DNA of 64,000 nt from Trypanosoma brucei. Its lineage: Eukaryota. Position 1 is the first letter of the stretch. Each line of letters begins with the position of its first letter. The translations under genes were made by a program, and so were the position numbers. Location: NCBI GenBank assembly GCA_000002445.1, contig AL929603.2:576001-640000 (forward strand), read 5' to 3'. Below the pieces are notes generated by a model. That model did not search any database and was not told the origin of the DNA. It worked only from the letters and a program-made list of their open reading frames with translations. Positions 36,060 through 48,699 of this stretch are shown one piece after another.

Positions 36060-39000
36060 ATCCTCGTCTGTCTGCTCCTTTGATGTGAGGTCAGTTTGGT
36101 TTGGTTTTGGTTTTGAGTGAATGAGTGGAGGGCCGGCCGAGGCGGCGGCTCATCGCAATCTGCAATTATGTATAATTATATATATATATTTATATTTATA
36201 TATTTATATATAATCGTGTACTTATGTACTTTTATACATGTATGTGTGCATATATTTTTATATATATACACATATTTACGTATTCTTATTTATGTAAACT
36301 TTACTTGTGACTATATATATATATATATATATGTGTTATACACGTCTACATTGCCGTGTCGGTATTTTCCCTCTCATTCGGAAGGGGGATGCTCTCGCGT
36401 CATTGCTGCGGTCTTCATATGCCACTTTTATTATTATTACTACTACTGTTATTATTATATGTGTTTCACACGTGTACATTAATGTATTTCTACATTTGTA
36501 TATATATATATATATACATACATATATGTATGTATGTATGTGTGTGTGTGTGTGTGTTGACATTCTTTTTTGGATGGGGTTGCTTTAAAAGAATCTTTAC
36601 CGTTTTGTTTTGACTTTCGTGTTATTGAAGTGGGGGAGCCAAAAAGAAAAAAAGGAGGAGGAAGGGGAAGAGGAAAGGGAAGCGAAGGAGAAAAGAACCG
36701 CAAGAAATGGAAAAGATAAATAAATGAATAAAACGAGGAAATTTAGATGAGGAGTGGTGAAAGAGTTGAGAAAAGGGAAACTATGGCGGTTTAATTTCAA
36801 TTGGTGCGCTTTGCACATTCATTTCGGATATTCGCCTCCTACCTTTTATTTTGGGTTTTTTTTATCTTTCTTTTTTCTCCTCCCCCCCCCCCCCCCTCCT
36901 TCGTTCTTTCATTTTTGTGCCGCGTAATCTATTTCCTTATTCTTCTCTTATCATTGTGTGGCTCTTCCTTCACTTTCTTAGCAACTGTGCCTCTTTTGCT
37001 CTCCCAAATCCTTCAACCTGAACATATAAACTTACTCATTTTTTTTTTTTAGTTTTCCTCATTTTATTTTATTTTTCGTTTAGCCTTTTAGGTTTTTTAT
37101 TTTATTTTTGAGGCGAGCTGAGCCTGTGGGCTTCTCTCTCCTCATCGTCTATTTATTTCATTTTTTTTTTTTTGTGTGTGTGTCCAATTGTTTGTTTGTT
37201 TGTTTTGACTTCTGGCTCGTTGTTGTTGTTGTCATTTTTGTTTTTGTTTTTAGAGATATTCCACATGCGCTTAGTCATGCCTTCTTTTCTTCTTTTTTTT
37301 TTCGCCTTAATTTCACTATAAATGCTTTTGTGGTGTAGTTTTATGTTATTTTCAGAAACCTCTTTTTTTATTTTCCCTTTAGTTTTATTTGTTTTCCTCC
37401 TCCGTTCCGTGCAACTTTAGATTTCACACACAAATACACAAGTAATTATATATATATTTATTTATTTATATTCATTTATTCTGCTATTTACTTATGTGAT
37501 CGTTTATATATTATATAAATAATATATATTACGTGTGGGGGAACAAAATTTAAAAAAAAAAGAAGAGAAGGGAAGAGAAGAGAAGAGAAGGATTTTAAAT
37601 AAATAAATTTATTAAGAAGAGGTGGAGAAAATTTAATGATAATCAAAAAGAAAAGAGTAAAGGTATTGACGAGTGTGCTTCAGAACGAAAAGGGAAACAA
37701 AAACAAAATAGTTAACTAACTAATTAATTAATTAATTGTACAAAAAGATAAAAGATAAATAAGTAAGAAGTAAGTCGTGTTCGGGTTGTTCTTCTTATCA
37801 GTTTTTGTTACCATTTTTATTATTATTATTGTTGTTATTATATATATATATATATATATTTATATATTTTTTTTTTGATCTTACCTTTACTTTTCAATTT
37901 CACGAATGAAGAAAAGAAAAGAAAAAGAAAAGTTACACGGCTTCCATTCTATTTAGCGACTAGATTACATGCACACACACTTTCATTTTTTTTTTCCACA
38001 CACACACACACAGACCTGTATTTAATTTTATATCACTTCTCGGTGTTTTGTTTTTTGTTTTTGTTTTGTTTTTACGGTTGTTGGTTTGTGCGTCCTTTTG
38101 CTTTTTGTGTTTTTCTTTTTTTTTTCTTTTTTTCTTTTATATAATCGACAGCTCAAATAAAATTATATCATAAAATATATATTATATATATTATAATATA
38201 AGAAAAGGATGGGCATTTTCAACCATCAACAATTGATGGGCCCTTCATTTCAGTTCTCTTCTCTTCTGAAGAGGTTTTTTGTTGTTTTTTTGTTTTTTTT
38301 TGTTTTTTGTTTTGGGGTTTTGCAAATAAAATAAATAAATATATAATTAAGTTAAACAAATATATTCGAATATTTGAATGTTTGTTCGTTTGTTTTAGAA
38401 TTACTTTAACAAATTTTTTTTCTTCCTTTTTTTTTTTCCTGCTGCGCGGTTCTCTTTTTTTTTTTTTTTTGTTTCTTGTTGTTGTTGTTGGTATTTTTGT
38501 TTTTTTGCTTTTGTGCGTGTTTTCAACAACAACAAAAAAAACTTTCTGTCATTTATACGCATTTGGTCGCTGTTGATTATATTTTTGTTTTTTGGTTATT
38601 TTATGAATGATGTCGGAAGGAATAGTTTTCAAAAGGACAAAATTAAATCAAATTTAATTGGCGTTTTTTTTTCTTTTTTTTTTCCTTTCCCCCCCCCCCC
38701 CCGCCTTAACAAGAAAGAAAGAAAGGAAAAAAAGTATGAAGGGAAAATGAAGTTGAAGATGAAAAATGAAACAACAGATAATAATAATATTATTAATAAT
38801 AATAACAACAAAGGGGGAAAAGAGAAGGAAGTAAATAAATAAATACGGAAAAATAAATAATTTTTAAAATGGAGTGATTGAGTTATTATTGGATTTTGGT
38901 GGTGGTAAGAAGGAAGGAAAAGGAAGGAATGTGTCATGTATATTATTAGAATGTTTCAATGAGAAAAGAAAAGGAGGGGAGGGGAGGGGAGGAAATATTA

Positions 39001-40590
39001 ATATATAAATATTTATTAATTAATATATTTGTATAAGGGGAGATATGAAATATGAAATGTGGTAAGAAATAAATAAGAATACGAAAAGGAAAAGGAAAAG
39101 AAAAAAAAAGGAAACACGTTTCAAATAAATTTTAGTTCGATACATTCCGTCGAGCTCATTTCATTTATGCATCAAACTCTTTTCCATCTTCCATTGTTTC
39201 ATATTATTATTTTTTTCCCCTCTTCCCCCGTGTCTTTTCTCTCCTCTTTCCACCACGCGTAGGCGTCACCTCAACTCTTATGCGCATGTTTTGAAATTAA
39301 ATTAAATTAATTTGATTTGATTTGATTTGATTTTTCAAAAAGAAAAAAAAGAAAAGAAGTGATCCCCTGGGAGGGGCGCAACGCTGTGCAATCGCGTATT
39401 CGTGTCTCTGAAATTCCCTTTTTGTTTGTTTGTTTGTTTGTTTGTTTGTTTTTATTTGAAAAGGTAATAGTAAAAAAAAGAAAATAAACAAGCAAGCAAA
39501 TAAATAAATAAAGGGAATTTTTATTTTTTTAAAAAAAAAAAAGAGGAAAGGAAAGGAAAGGAAAACGAAATAAACGTGTATTTTTTCTTTTCTTTTCTTC
39601 TCTTTTTTTGGTATTACAAATAATATGATCATGTTGCGCCGTCCCCGTTTGTGTGCTGCTTATGCATGATGATGATGATGATGATGTTTTGTTTTTGTTT
39701 TTGTTTTTGTTTTCAGTTGTTGTTGTTGTTGTTGTTCTTTTTATTGTTTCATCTTTTTCTTTTTTTTTCCTTCTTTTCCATTACTTCTTGTTGAAGAAAT
39801 TAATTGTTTTTTGTTTTTGTTTTTTGTTTTTTGTTTGTTTTTTGTTTTTTGGATGTTTGCTTCTGTGCTTTTTTTTCCTCTTTTTGGAATGTTCCCGTCA
39901 CTCGTCAGTTTTCCAACTGCATTACTGAAAAGAGGCGGGAACATTCCAAAAAGAGGGAGAAATGAAGAGAAGAGAAGAGGGATTTTGTGAATCCCAAACA
40001 AGAGAAAGGAGAGAGAAAAGATATACAATAAACCACTTGCAAATGCAAATGCAAATGTAAAAAAAAATGATTGAATTAAATTAATAAGTTATATATGTAT
40101 CTGATTTAAATTGGTTTAAATTGACAAAAGAAAAAAACGTTCCCTTCTTTTTTTTCCTCTTTTTTTTCTCTTTTTTTATTTCTTTTTTTTTATTTTATTG
40201 GTTATACATCAGTATGGGGAAATATAAAACCAAGTAAAAGACACATATTAGTTATCATAGTAAATACACGCCATAAAAAAAAAAAAGTGGGGGAGAATAA
40301 CCTCGAACATCCCTTCGAAGTTGGCTAAGTTCAAAAACAAAAACAAAAAGGAAGGGGGTCACCCATACATATTTGTATTCATTAAACAAACGCAAAGAAA
40401 AGGAAAAAAAGAAAGATAGAAAAGAATAAAACAAAAGAGAAATATATATATATATATACGTACACATATAGAAGTAAGGAAGGAAAAAAAGAAAGAAAGA
40501 ATTTTTATAAAATAAGGGAAAGAGGAATAAAAAGAAGCAATAAATATTACTTTTGAAAAAGATATCTATCTATCTGATATATATATATAT
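36060..40590. repeat. AT-rich, low-complexity region of about 4.5 kb with no gene; it contains many simple-sequence tracts, including (TA)n, (ATTTG)n, (GTTT)n, poly-C 15-16 and poly-T
   Basis: No ORF here has non-repetitive amino-acid composition. Homopolymer and oligo repeats are seen directly, for example C15 at 36885-36899, C16 at 38687-38702, (ATTTG)5 at 39310-39333 and (GTTT)8 at 39419-39450. Confidence 0.8.
39877..39956. other. perfect 21-bp inverted repeat (CCTCTTTTTGGAATGTTCCCG / CGGGAACATTCCAAAAAGAGG) separated by 38 nt; a hairpin-forming element
   Basis: The arms at 39877-39897 and 39936-39956 are exact reverse complements. Confidence 0.85.
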
Positions 40591-40595
40591 ATATA

Positions 40596-41552
40596 ATGAA
40601 GTCAGAGAAAGCAGAGAAGGCATTGCAGCTTTTTGCCTCACTTCAGGATACCATACAAGCTCAACAACAACAACAACCTCCATTTCATAGCAAATCACCA
40701 TCCACATCATGTGTCATTACTAATCATATAATTCCACAGCCGGAACCGTCACGGCCAACCACATCTGAAGAAAAGAATTTGTTGAGGCGGGCGGAGGCGG
40801 CGGAATGTTTGGCTCGACGCCTACACGAAAAAAATAAACAACTTTTAGGACAAATGAGTGCATTGGAGAGACGAGGAAGAGGAGGCGCTAATGATAATTA
40901 TGAAGCGGAAGCGCAACTGCTGCGGGACCTGCTGGCGGAACGGGATGTGGAAGTGCAATGGCTTCGTGAGCAATTGCATCAGATGGAGGAAAAACAAAAA
41001 CAGAAAAAACAACAATCAACTCAAATTCAAATTCAAAGTCAAAGTCAAAGTCAGAAGCAACAAAATCACAAAAAACAAAGTCCAAATCATCAAAAGTTGT
41101 TGTTGTTGCAAGCGGCAACAGCTGCAGTTGGTGGTATTAATGGGAAAAGCAGCCACAACGCCAGCATCAGAAGTGCTGACGGCAACAGTCACAACAGAAA
41201 TGGTCATAACAAACAGTTGAAATGTGCACATGAGGATAATGGTGAGGATGAGGAAGAAGAAGGAGTTATTATTGTGAAGCAAAGAAGGAGAAGTACGGCC
41301 AGCAACACCCATCACAGCAACATGAAAAATAATAATAATAATAATAGTGGCAGTGGTAGTGGTGGTGACAACAACAATAGTATTAACAACAGCATTAGCA
41401 GCATCAGTAATATTAATAATCATAATAATCATAATCTTCTTCATCATCATCATCATCATCATAGGAGCAGCACTGTATCCAGCAGAGGTCAACAGGAACT
41501 GCGGGAATGGTTGCCAGGAGCCAGTTCCAGTCGTACGGAAGTGTTGTATTAA
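40596..41552 (+). CDS. hypothetical protein (318 aa), Q/N/H-rich with a central coiled-coil-like segment
   Basis: A long + strand ORF in register with the polycistron. A non-repetitive segment (EAEAQLLRDLLAERDVEVQWLREQLHQMEE) is flanked by poly-Q, poly-N, SQ repeats and an H7 run. The coding status of the low-complexity parts is uncertain. Confidence 0.5.
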   Translation: MKSEKAEKALQLFASLQDTIQAQQQQQPPFHSKSPSTSCVITNHIIPQPEPSRPTTSEEKNLLRRAEAAECLARRLHEKNKQLLGQMSALERRGRGGANDNYEAEAQLLRDLLAERDVEVQWLREQLHQMEEKQKQKKQQSTQIQIQSQSQSQKQQNHKKQSPNHQKLLLLQAATAAVGGINGKSSHNASIRSADGNSHNRNGHNKQLKCAHEDNGEDEEEEGVIIVKQRRRSTASNTHHSNMKNNNNNNSGSGSGGDNNNSINNSISSISNINNHNNHNLLHHHHHHHRSSTVSSRGQQELREWLPGASSSRTEVLY

Positions 41553-42928
41553 TTAATTATTTATTTATTTTATTGTACCCATTTATTTATTCATTTTTGA
41601 GCCAGTGATGAAATGGATAAGTGAAGGAGGATGGAAAGGGGATAAGTATAAAACTGATGTTTGATTTTTTGCTTTCGTTGCTGTTGCTGTTGTTGTTATT
41701 ATTAGTGGCGGTGGTTTTAGTTTCGGCTCTTGATGAGCCTGTTGTTGCGTTTATGTGTAAGATTAAAGGAACTGCGGCAGGGATTCCACGCGGCTGTTTT
41801 CCATGCAAAAATAAACGCTCCAACACGTTTATTTATTTATATTTTTTTTCCCTCCCCTCCCCTCCCCTCCCCCCTGTTTATGTCACGCACGCATTTCACT
41901 CCCAATGTTATTATTATTATTGTTATTGTTGATGTTGCTGCCATTTTCAGTGTTCCGCATCGCTGTGCCCTTCTGTGTTGTTGAGTTTGATGTTGAGCTT
42001 CTTGTTGTTGTTGTTGTTGTTGTTTTTTGTTGTTTTTGTTCAACTCTTCTCTCTTCTCAGTACTACCGTTATTGTTGTCATACTTGTAAAATGTTTTACT
42101 TTCTCTTTCCCTCTATTCTTTATTTATGTATATGTTTGTGTATGTTTCTATTTACCTTGTAATGTTTTTTTTCTTTAAAAATTATTATTATTATTATTTT
42201 CTTCTCGGAGATAATATGTCACTTACTGCTACTGCTGTTATCATCATTATCATTATTATTATTATTATTGTCCTCTTCTTTTCTTCTATTTTTTTTTTTG
42301 TTTTCTCTCTTTGGGGGTGGGTGGGGGGGTATTAAAATTTGTCAACATTTTTACCTCCATCTTCCGTATTTGTTAGACCGTTTAAACTGAAGGCGTATCG
42401 TAGGCGGTGACAAGGCACGGAAAAGTATTTTTTTAAAAAAAAAAGGAGAAGGAAGAATTATACATTTAGTTTTTTCTTTTTCCTTTTTCCTTTTTGCCCT
42501 TTTCTCCTCTTTTTAGGGAGAAACAAAAAAAAAAGAAGACAGAAAGGACAAGGTGAGCATTTAGTGAATATATATATATATATATTTACGACGGCAATTA
42601 GATAGACACGTAAAGAAGAAAAAGAAGAGGAAATTAAAAGGAGGAACAAGGAAAAGAAAAATATTTTGTAACAGCGCCAACAACACCAACAGTAGAAAGC
42701 AGTCAAGAAGAGAAGAGCTGCACAGTGGTTTTTTTTTGTCGTTGTTGTTGTTTCTTTAGCTTTCTAAAGGATAAAAGAAAGTGAGAAGGGAAAAGAAAAA
42801 AAGGTAAGAAGTGAGAAAGAAAGATAGATAGAAAAGGTTGGGGAGAAAGGGCGGAAGATTCTTCTTTTCCCTTTTTATCTAAGAGCAGGAAAAAGAATTT
42901 TTAAAAAAAAAAAAACTATCACATCACA

Positions 42929-44470
42929 ATGCCCAACAGGCAGATCATTCAGGTATTTGAGGAATACCAAAGGGCCCGTGTCAAGTTTGTACAGACGGTG
43001 GCAGATTTTGCTTCAAAACCACAACATATTGATGCCTTGCAGCAGGCCGGTGTCATGCAACTTCTTCGGCCACTGTTATTAGATAATGTACCTTCCATTC
43101 AACAGTCCGCAGCACTTGCATTGGGAAGGCTTGCCAATTACAATGAAGAACTTGCGGAAAGTGTCGTGTCCGGTGACATACTCGCGCAATTGGTTTATTC
43201 ACTCGGTGATCAGAGCCGTTTTTACAAAAAGTCAGCAGCGTTTGTGTTACGCAGCGTGGCACGACATAATGCGCAACTGGCGCAGGCGGTGGTGGGCAGT
43301 CAAGCCGTGGAGGCCCTCGTTGGATGTTTGGAGGATTTTGACCCAACGGTGAAGGAAAGCGCCGTATGGGCGTTGGGTTATGTGGCACGACATAATGCCC
43401 ATCTCGCGCAGGAGGTTGTTGACAAGGGCGCCATTCCGCCATTGGTATTATGCGTTCAGGAGCCGGAGCTTTCACTCAAGAGGACAGCGGCTTCAACACT
43501 CGCGGATATTGCGAAACATTTACCGGAACTTGCGCAAGCGGTGGTGGATCAGGACGCGGTTACGCACCTCGCGCCACTCATTGGCAGCAATGATGGAAAA
43601 CTGAAGCGACAGGTGTGTCAGTGTCTTGCGCAGATTGCGAAGCACAGCGTGGAGTTGGCAGAGTTGGTGGTGGAGGGAGAAATATTTCCCCGTATATTTT
43701 CGCTACTGAAGGATAGCGATGAAACGGTACGCAAGAATGCCTCCACATGTATTCGGGAGGTTGCCAAACACACACCGGAGTTAGCGCAGCTTATTGTAAA
43801 TGCGGGTGGCGTTGGAGCACTCGTAGACTACACAAATGAGTCTACTGGCAGCGCACGGTTGCCGGGAATTATGACACTCGGTTACATTTCTGCATTTTCT
43901 GAGACGCTCGCTCTCGCTGTCATTGTCTCCTGTGGTATTGAGCCATTGTCTAATGCACTGGAAAAGGAACAGGAGGATCACATAAAGTCTGCGGCCGCAT
44001 GGTCACTTGGGCAAATTGGCCGTCACAGTGCTGATCATGCAAAAGCTGTGGCAGACTGTAATGTACTTCCCAAACTGCTTGACCTCTACTTACATCCCAG
44101 CAGTTCGGATGATCTCCGCATGAAAAGTAAGCGGGCGCTCAAAAATATCATTCAGCGCTGCGTACAACTCCCCGCCTTGGAGCCATTGCTCCACCCGGAA
44201 GCACCAAAGAATGTTCTCAAGTACGTCTGTGGACAGTTTGCAAAGGTGTTACCAACAGATATCGCCGCCAAACGGGAGTTCGTAGCTAACCGTGGGCTTG
44301 CAACTGTGCAGCGCATTCAACCCGAACCCGGTTCCAAACTGGCGGAGTATATTCAAAGCATCAACAACTGCTACCCACCTGAGATTGTTCAATACTACTC
44401 GCCGCAGTATGCGCAGACATTCTTGGAGAAAATAGAAAACTACCATGTCCAACAAGTGCAGCAGCATTAA
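42929..44470 (+). CDS. PF16: PF16/SPAG6 axonemal central-pair armadillo-repeat protein (513 aa)
   Basis: Armadillo repeats span the whole length, with the repeated LAQAVV / ARHNAxLAQxVV / AKHxPELAQxVV pattern. Its length and its N-terminus (MPNRQIIQVFEEYQRARVKFVQTVADFA) match PF16/SPAG6. Confidence 0.9.
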   Translation: MPNRQIIQVFEEYQRARVKFVQTVADFASKPQHIDALQQAGVMQLLRPLLLDNVPSIQQSAALALGRLANYNEELAESVVSGDILAQLVYSLGDQSRFYKKSAAFVLRSVARHNAQLAQAVVGSQAVEALVGCLEDFDPTVKESAVWALGYVARHNAHLAQEVVDKGAIPPLVLCVQEPELSLKRTAASTLADIAKHLPELAQAVVDQDAVTHLAPLIGSNDGKLKRQVCQCLAQIAKHSVELAELVVEGEIFPRIFSLLKDSDETVRKNASTCIREVAKHTPELAQLIVNAGGVGALVDYTNESTGSARLPGIMTLGYISAFSETLALAVIVSCGIEPLSNALEKEQEDHIKSAAAWSLGQIGRHSADHAKAVADCNVLPKLLDLYLHPSSSDDLRMKSKRALKNIIQRCVQLPALEPLLHPEAPKNVLKYVCGQFAKVLPTDIAAKREFVANRGLATVQRIQPEPGSKLAEYIQSINNCYPPEIVQYYSPQYAQTFLEKIENYHVQQVQQH

Positions 44471-44533
44471 AGTTGTAAGCGCAACCATTTCCCATGCTGG
44501 GGGAAGGAGAGAGAAAAAGAAAGGAGGGATTTG

Positions 44534-44574
<41 letters not shown>

Positions 44575-46543
44575 TTCCCCTCCCTCCCTCTGCCTTTGGT
44601 GTCATATGACTTATCCTATCCTCCCATATAAATATATTCATATATTTATTTATGTGTGTCTCTTTCTGATGATATGACTGCATGATTGTGTGTTGACAGA
44701 AAATAAGAAGAGACGGAGGAAAGTGCATATGCGTTTGTTTTATTATTTCCTTTGTCAACCAACCAATCCCCTTCCTCTTCCCCCCTTCCTCCCTCACTCT
44801 CTTCTCTTTCCTCTCTCTTTTTTTTTTTTTTCGTTGTTGTTGTTGTTGTCGTTTTTACTTTTGTTTATTTGGTTCCTCCGTCTCTTGTAGGTCCTGTGGA
44901 GTACAAACCGAATAAATAAACAAACAAACAACCGAGATGATGGAAAGAGAAGAGAGTGAGGGAGGAAGGGTGGGGAAGGGAAAACAAAAAAAAAGAGGGA
45001 GAGGAAAGAGAAACGCATGGGATTTGGAAAGTGCGCTGGTGCTGATTTGGAAACGCATAATTTTTTTTTTTTTGAAGAAAAAAAAAAAGAAATGTATATG
45101 TACAGTTTTTTTGAGGTGCAAGTAGAGAGCAGGGCGGCAGCGGTGCAAAAGATGTGTTGGGTTTTCGTTTTGTTCGGTTTCATTGTTGTTGTTGTTGTTG
45201 TTTCTGTTGTGTTTTTGTTTTGTTTTTTATTTTCGTTTACTCTTTTCTCTTTTCTCTTTTCGCTTCATTCATTCATTTTTTTTTTTTTGACTGCAGGGCG
45301 CTCGTAATCAACCTCAGCAACAAATATCAACAAAAAAAACGCATTTATACTTATATACTTTTTTGTTTATATTTTTACACGTATATTACGTGTGTGCTGT
45401 ACGATGTGAGACTTTTTCTTTTTTCTTTTTTCTTTTTACCCGTTACGCAGCCTTCCCTTTACGGTCTGCAAAAAAAAAAAAGTACATATATATATATATA
45501 TATGAAATATGAAGGCTTGAAAGAAGGTAAAAAAAAAAAAAGTATCATGACAAAATACATTCATGCCTGCATATATTTACAAATATATGTTTGTGTGTTT
45601 GTTTGTTTGTTTGTTTGCTTGAGGTTGTAATAAATATGTAAAATTGCAAAAAAAAAAAAGTATGTGATTGAGTTCATGGGAATGAAAGATGTTGAAGTGA
45701 AATGAGGTCTTTCATCGTGTTCCTCACATGTACATGTGTGGGGGGGGAAAAAAAAAGAAAAGAGGGGAAGAGGTAATGGGGTTCAGGGAAACGGGAAAAG
45801 GAAGAAAAAAAAGAAAAAGAAAACGAAAACGGACAAATAACAACAACGACGACCAAAACCAAAACATGAAAACAATAAAGAAAAAAGAAAAGAAAAGAAA
45901 AGAAAAGAAAAACACCGCTTCACCCCGTCGCTGCCTCCTTGGCAACGTCTTTTCATTAATTATCTCCTCGCCATTTTATTTTTTGTTTGTTTGTTTGAGG
46001 TTGGGTTTCCTCAACCGTCATGATGTAAAATGCAAAAAAAAAAGGAATTGGCTTCGAATTAGCCTGAAATCTCAACAAATCTCTCTTTTTCGTCTTCTCT
46101 TCCCTTTTTTTTTCTCTCTTCTTCTTCTCTCGGTTTAATGAATGTTACGTCTCTTATCTTTAAATTTGCGGTAGGAGAATGCCTTTACCGAATTTAGATT
46201 AAAGAAAAAAATATCAAAGTCTGGGAAGGCGAACAAAAACAAAAACAAAAAAGAACAAAAGGAGTGCGTGCCCCCCCCCTTTTTTTTTTCCGCTTTTGAG
46301 GGAAGGGGCACCATTTAAAAAAAAAATAAGTAAAATAAGAAAATAAGCGCAGGTTCGTATCATTGTATTCACATATATATATATATATAGATATATATAT
46401 ATAGATATATCATATTGATTTAGTCGTTGGTTTGTTTGTTTGTTCGCTCGTCACATTATTCAGGGGTATTATTGTTTAGTAAAGCGGTGTGTCCCTTCCA
46501 TATCTTTTATCATCAGACATTTGTCATTTATTTTCATATTTAT

Positions 46544-47776
46544 ATGGAACAGTGCTGCGGGGCGGCCGCGATCACGGATGCTGTGGATTTGAGGGATGTT
46601 ATAACATCCAGCAGGAAGCGGCGACGCGTGGATGTGGGCGAGTGTGAGGAATTGTGGCAGCAAATAAACAAAATACTTCAAGAGACCTTCACTGAACCTC
46701 AAATGGTGGTGCAGAGAAATGAAAAGGAAATGGATACCATAACTGTTACGATTCTCGCACAGTTGTATCGTGTCTTACGCGATTGTTGGTGCTTCAGTGG
46801 AGATCCTTATGATCTGTTTGAACCTGTGACGAATTTGCACGACGTAACGAAAAGAGTCCTGATGACAAGCGGGGGTTATGTGCTGACGCCTGATTCGCAA
46901 AATCTCCTTCTCGGAAGTGATGCAAACATGGCGTATGTTGGAATCCTCCTTTCGAGGGTTTATCGAGTACTGGTGGGATTTGGGCACCTTCATTGCATCC
47001 CACCTGAAGATGCGGGAATAACAAATCTAGAAAATGAGGTGTGTATTGTGCTGAGAAATCGCCAAGGCCTCACTGGTGTTGAAAGTGATTTGATAAAAGA
47101 AATATGCTCTACCCTTCGGTCGCAACTGCAGGACCCCACAGGCACAGCAGTGGCATTGTTTGAAGAATGGCCGCTACTTGAAACCAGCGAATTCGCTCGA
47201 CTTGTGGCAGACTTCAACATGAAGTTTATCGAATTCCTTCCATTCCTGCCGACGGAAGGAAGTGGAGGGGCGGCCTTTTGCTTAATTCCAAGTAATAATT
47301 ATGACACGGTGTGGGGTCGCGTTGTGAGCTGTGGAAGTTGTTGGGTAGCGGGAAAGATGTGTGCGCAGTCGTTTCTTGTGAGCCCCAGTGGGCCATTAAT
47401 TGTACATTTATTGAGGTGTCAGCGGAAGGACGGAATTCCATATGATGGCGGTGCTCATGTGACGGTGTCCGGCAACGAAGATGAAGTGATTCTGAGAGAA
47501 TGGCTCCGTCAACGCCTGTGGACGCCACAACCTACCGTTATAGTTCAATGGTGGAGAGCAAATGTTTTATCTTCATGTGTTGACTTTCCATCCTCATTAA
47601 TAAGTGAAGTTGATAATGGACCTGGGAATCATAAGTTTGAGCGGTGCTGGCCGCAGTTCATTGATGGCGCAGCGGACTGCTTGCCTGCAGTTTGGGTGCG
47701 TGGGTTGCAAGTCGTTTCAAGTGTTAAGGTTGATGTTGAGTGTTGTGTGTGTCGTATGGTGTCGTGTCCGTGGTAA
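46544..47776 (+). CDS. hypothetical protein, about 410 aa
   Basis: A non-repetitive ORF. The ORF-track start at 46427 runs through a UTR-like stretch, so Met at 46544 (MEQCCGAAAITD) is the likelier start. I recognise no domain. Confidence 0.55.
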   Translation: MEQCCGAAAITDAVDLRDVITSSRKRRRVDVGECEELWQQINKILQETFTEPQMVVQRNEKEMDTITVTILAQLYRVLRDCWCFSGDPYDLFEPVTNLHDVTKRVLMTSGGYVLTPDSQNLLLGSDANMAYVGILLSRVYRVLVGFGHLHCIPPEDAGITNLENEVCIVLRNRQGLTGVESDLIKEICSTLRSQLQDPTGTAVALFEEWPLLETSEFARLVADFNMKFIEFLPFLPTEGSGGAAFCLIPSNNYDTVWGRVVSCGSCWVAGKMCAQSFLVSPSGPLIVHLLRCQRKDGIPYDGGAHVTVSGNEDEVILREWLRQRLWTPQPTVIVQWWRANVLSSCVDFPSSLISEVDNGPGNHKFERCWPQFIDGAADCLPAVWVRGLQVVSSVKVDVECCVCRMVSCPW

Positions 47777-48699
47777 TGTTAAAGCGAAGGAACTTCCACT
47801 ACACCAAGTTTGATACAACTGCGGTGTGGTGGTTTTATCTCTTGAATTTACTTTACACGGGAAATGAGGGGACGGGGGGGAACCTTCCGATACATTTGCA
47901 CTATTTGGATATCCCACCACCACCCACGCGTGTTTTCCACACAGAAGAAAATTTTACATCTCTCTCTATTATTATTTTTTTTTCACCGTTTGCCTCCTCC
48001 TCCTCCCTGCCTGCCTGCCTGCCTGCACATATACTCACTAGCACATACATTTATTTGTTTGTTTACATATATATATATTCCTTACATCTTTCCCTTTTCC
48101 TTTTTTTTTTTTTGATTTTATCTCCTTTTATACAAACGACTTGTTGATCAATTGATTCAGCGTGTAAGCAAAGGGAACGAGGGGTTGGAAATTGGTTACA
48201 AGGGTCTTTTTTTTTTTGTTTTTTTCCTTTTTCTTTTTCTTTTTTTCAGTAGTTTACAGAAGGGTTGTCGCAGTTGCGGCCCAGCGGACAAGCTGGTGTT
48301 TCGCCCTGATCCGTAAAAGGTTCTAAAAAGTAGAGAGAATTGTACCGTTTCACACTTATTTATCCCTAGGCAGCAGCATAATTTAAGAATTTTTTGCCTT
48401 GTAAAAAAGAAAAAAAAAGAGAGAAGAGAGTGATAGTGATAGTGGCCTTGCGCACAGGCACGGAAGTTCAGAAGAAGCACAATTTCTTTTTTTTGTTTTG
48501 TTTTGTTTTTTTAAGAGTTTTGTACGAAAGATTAATAGAGCAGCTCGGGTCCCACGTACTGCGGGTCTAGATTTTATATCTATCTACCTATATATATATA
48601 TATTATTTATAACATTGAGGTCATATACCCTACCCATTTTTCACCTCCAGGGAGTGTGAAATTATTAGAAGGGTAGCGCGGCGGGCACGAAGTCATAGA

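Noticed and set aside
36117-39632. Numerous 60-120-aa ORFs in the 4.5-kb low-complexity tract
   Set aside because: All are translations of homopolymer or oligo-repeat DNA (poly-F, poly-L, poly-K, poly-I). None has protein-like composition.
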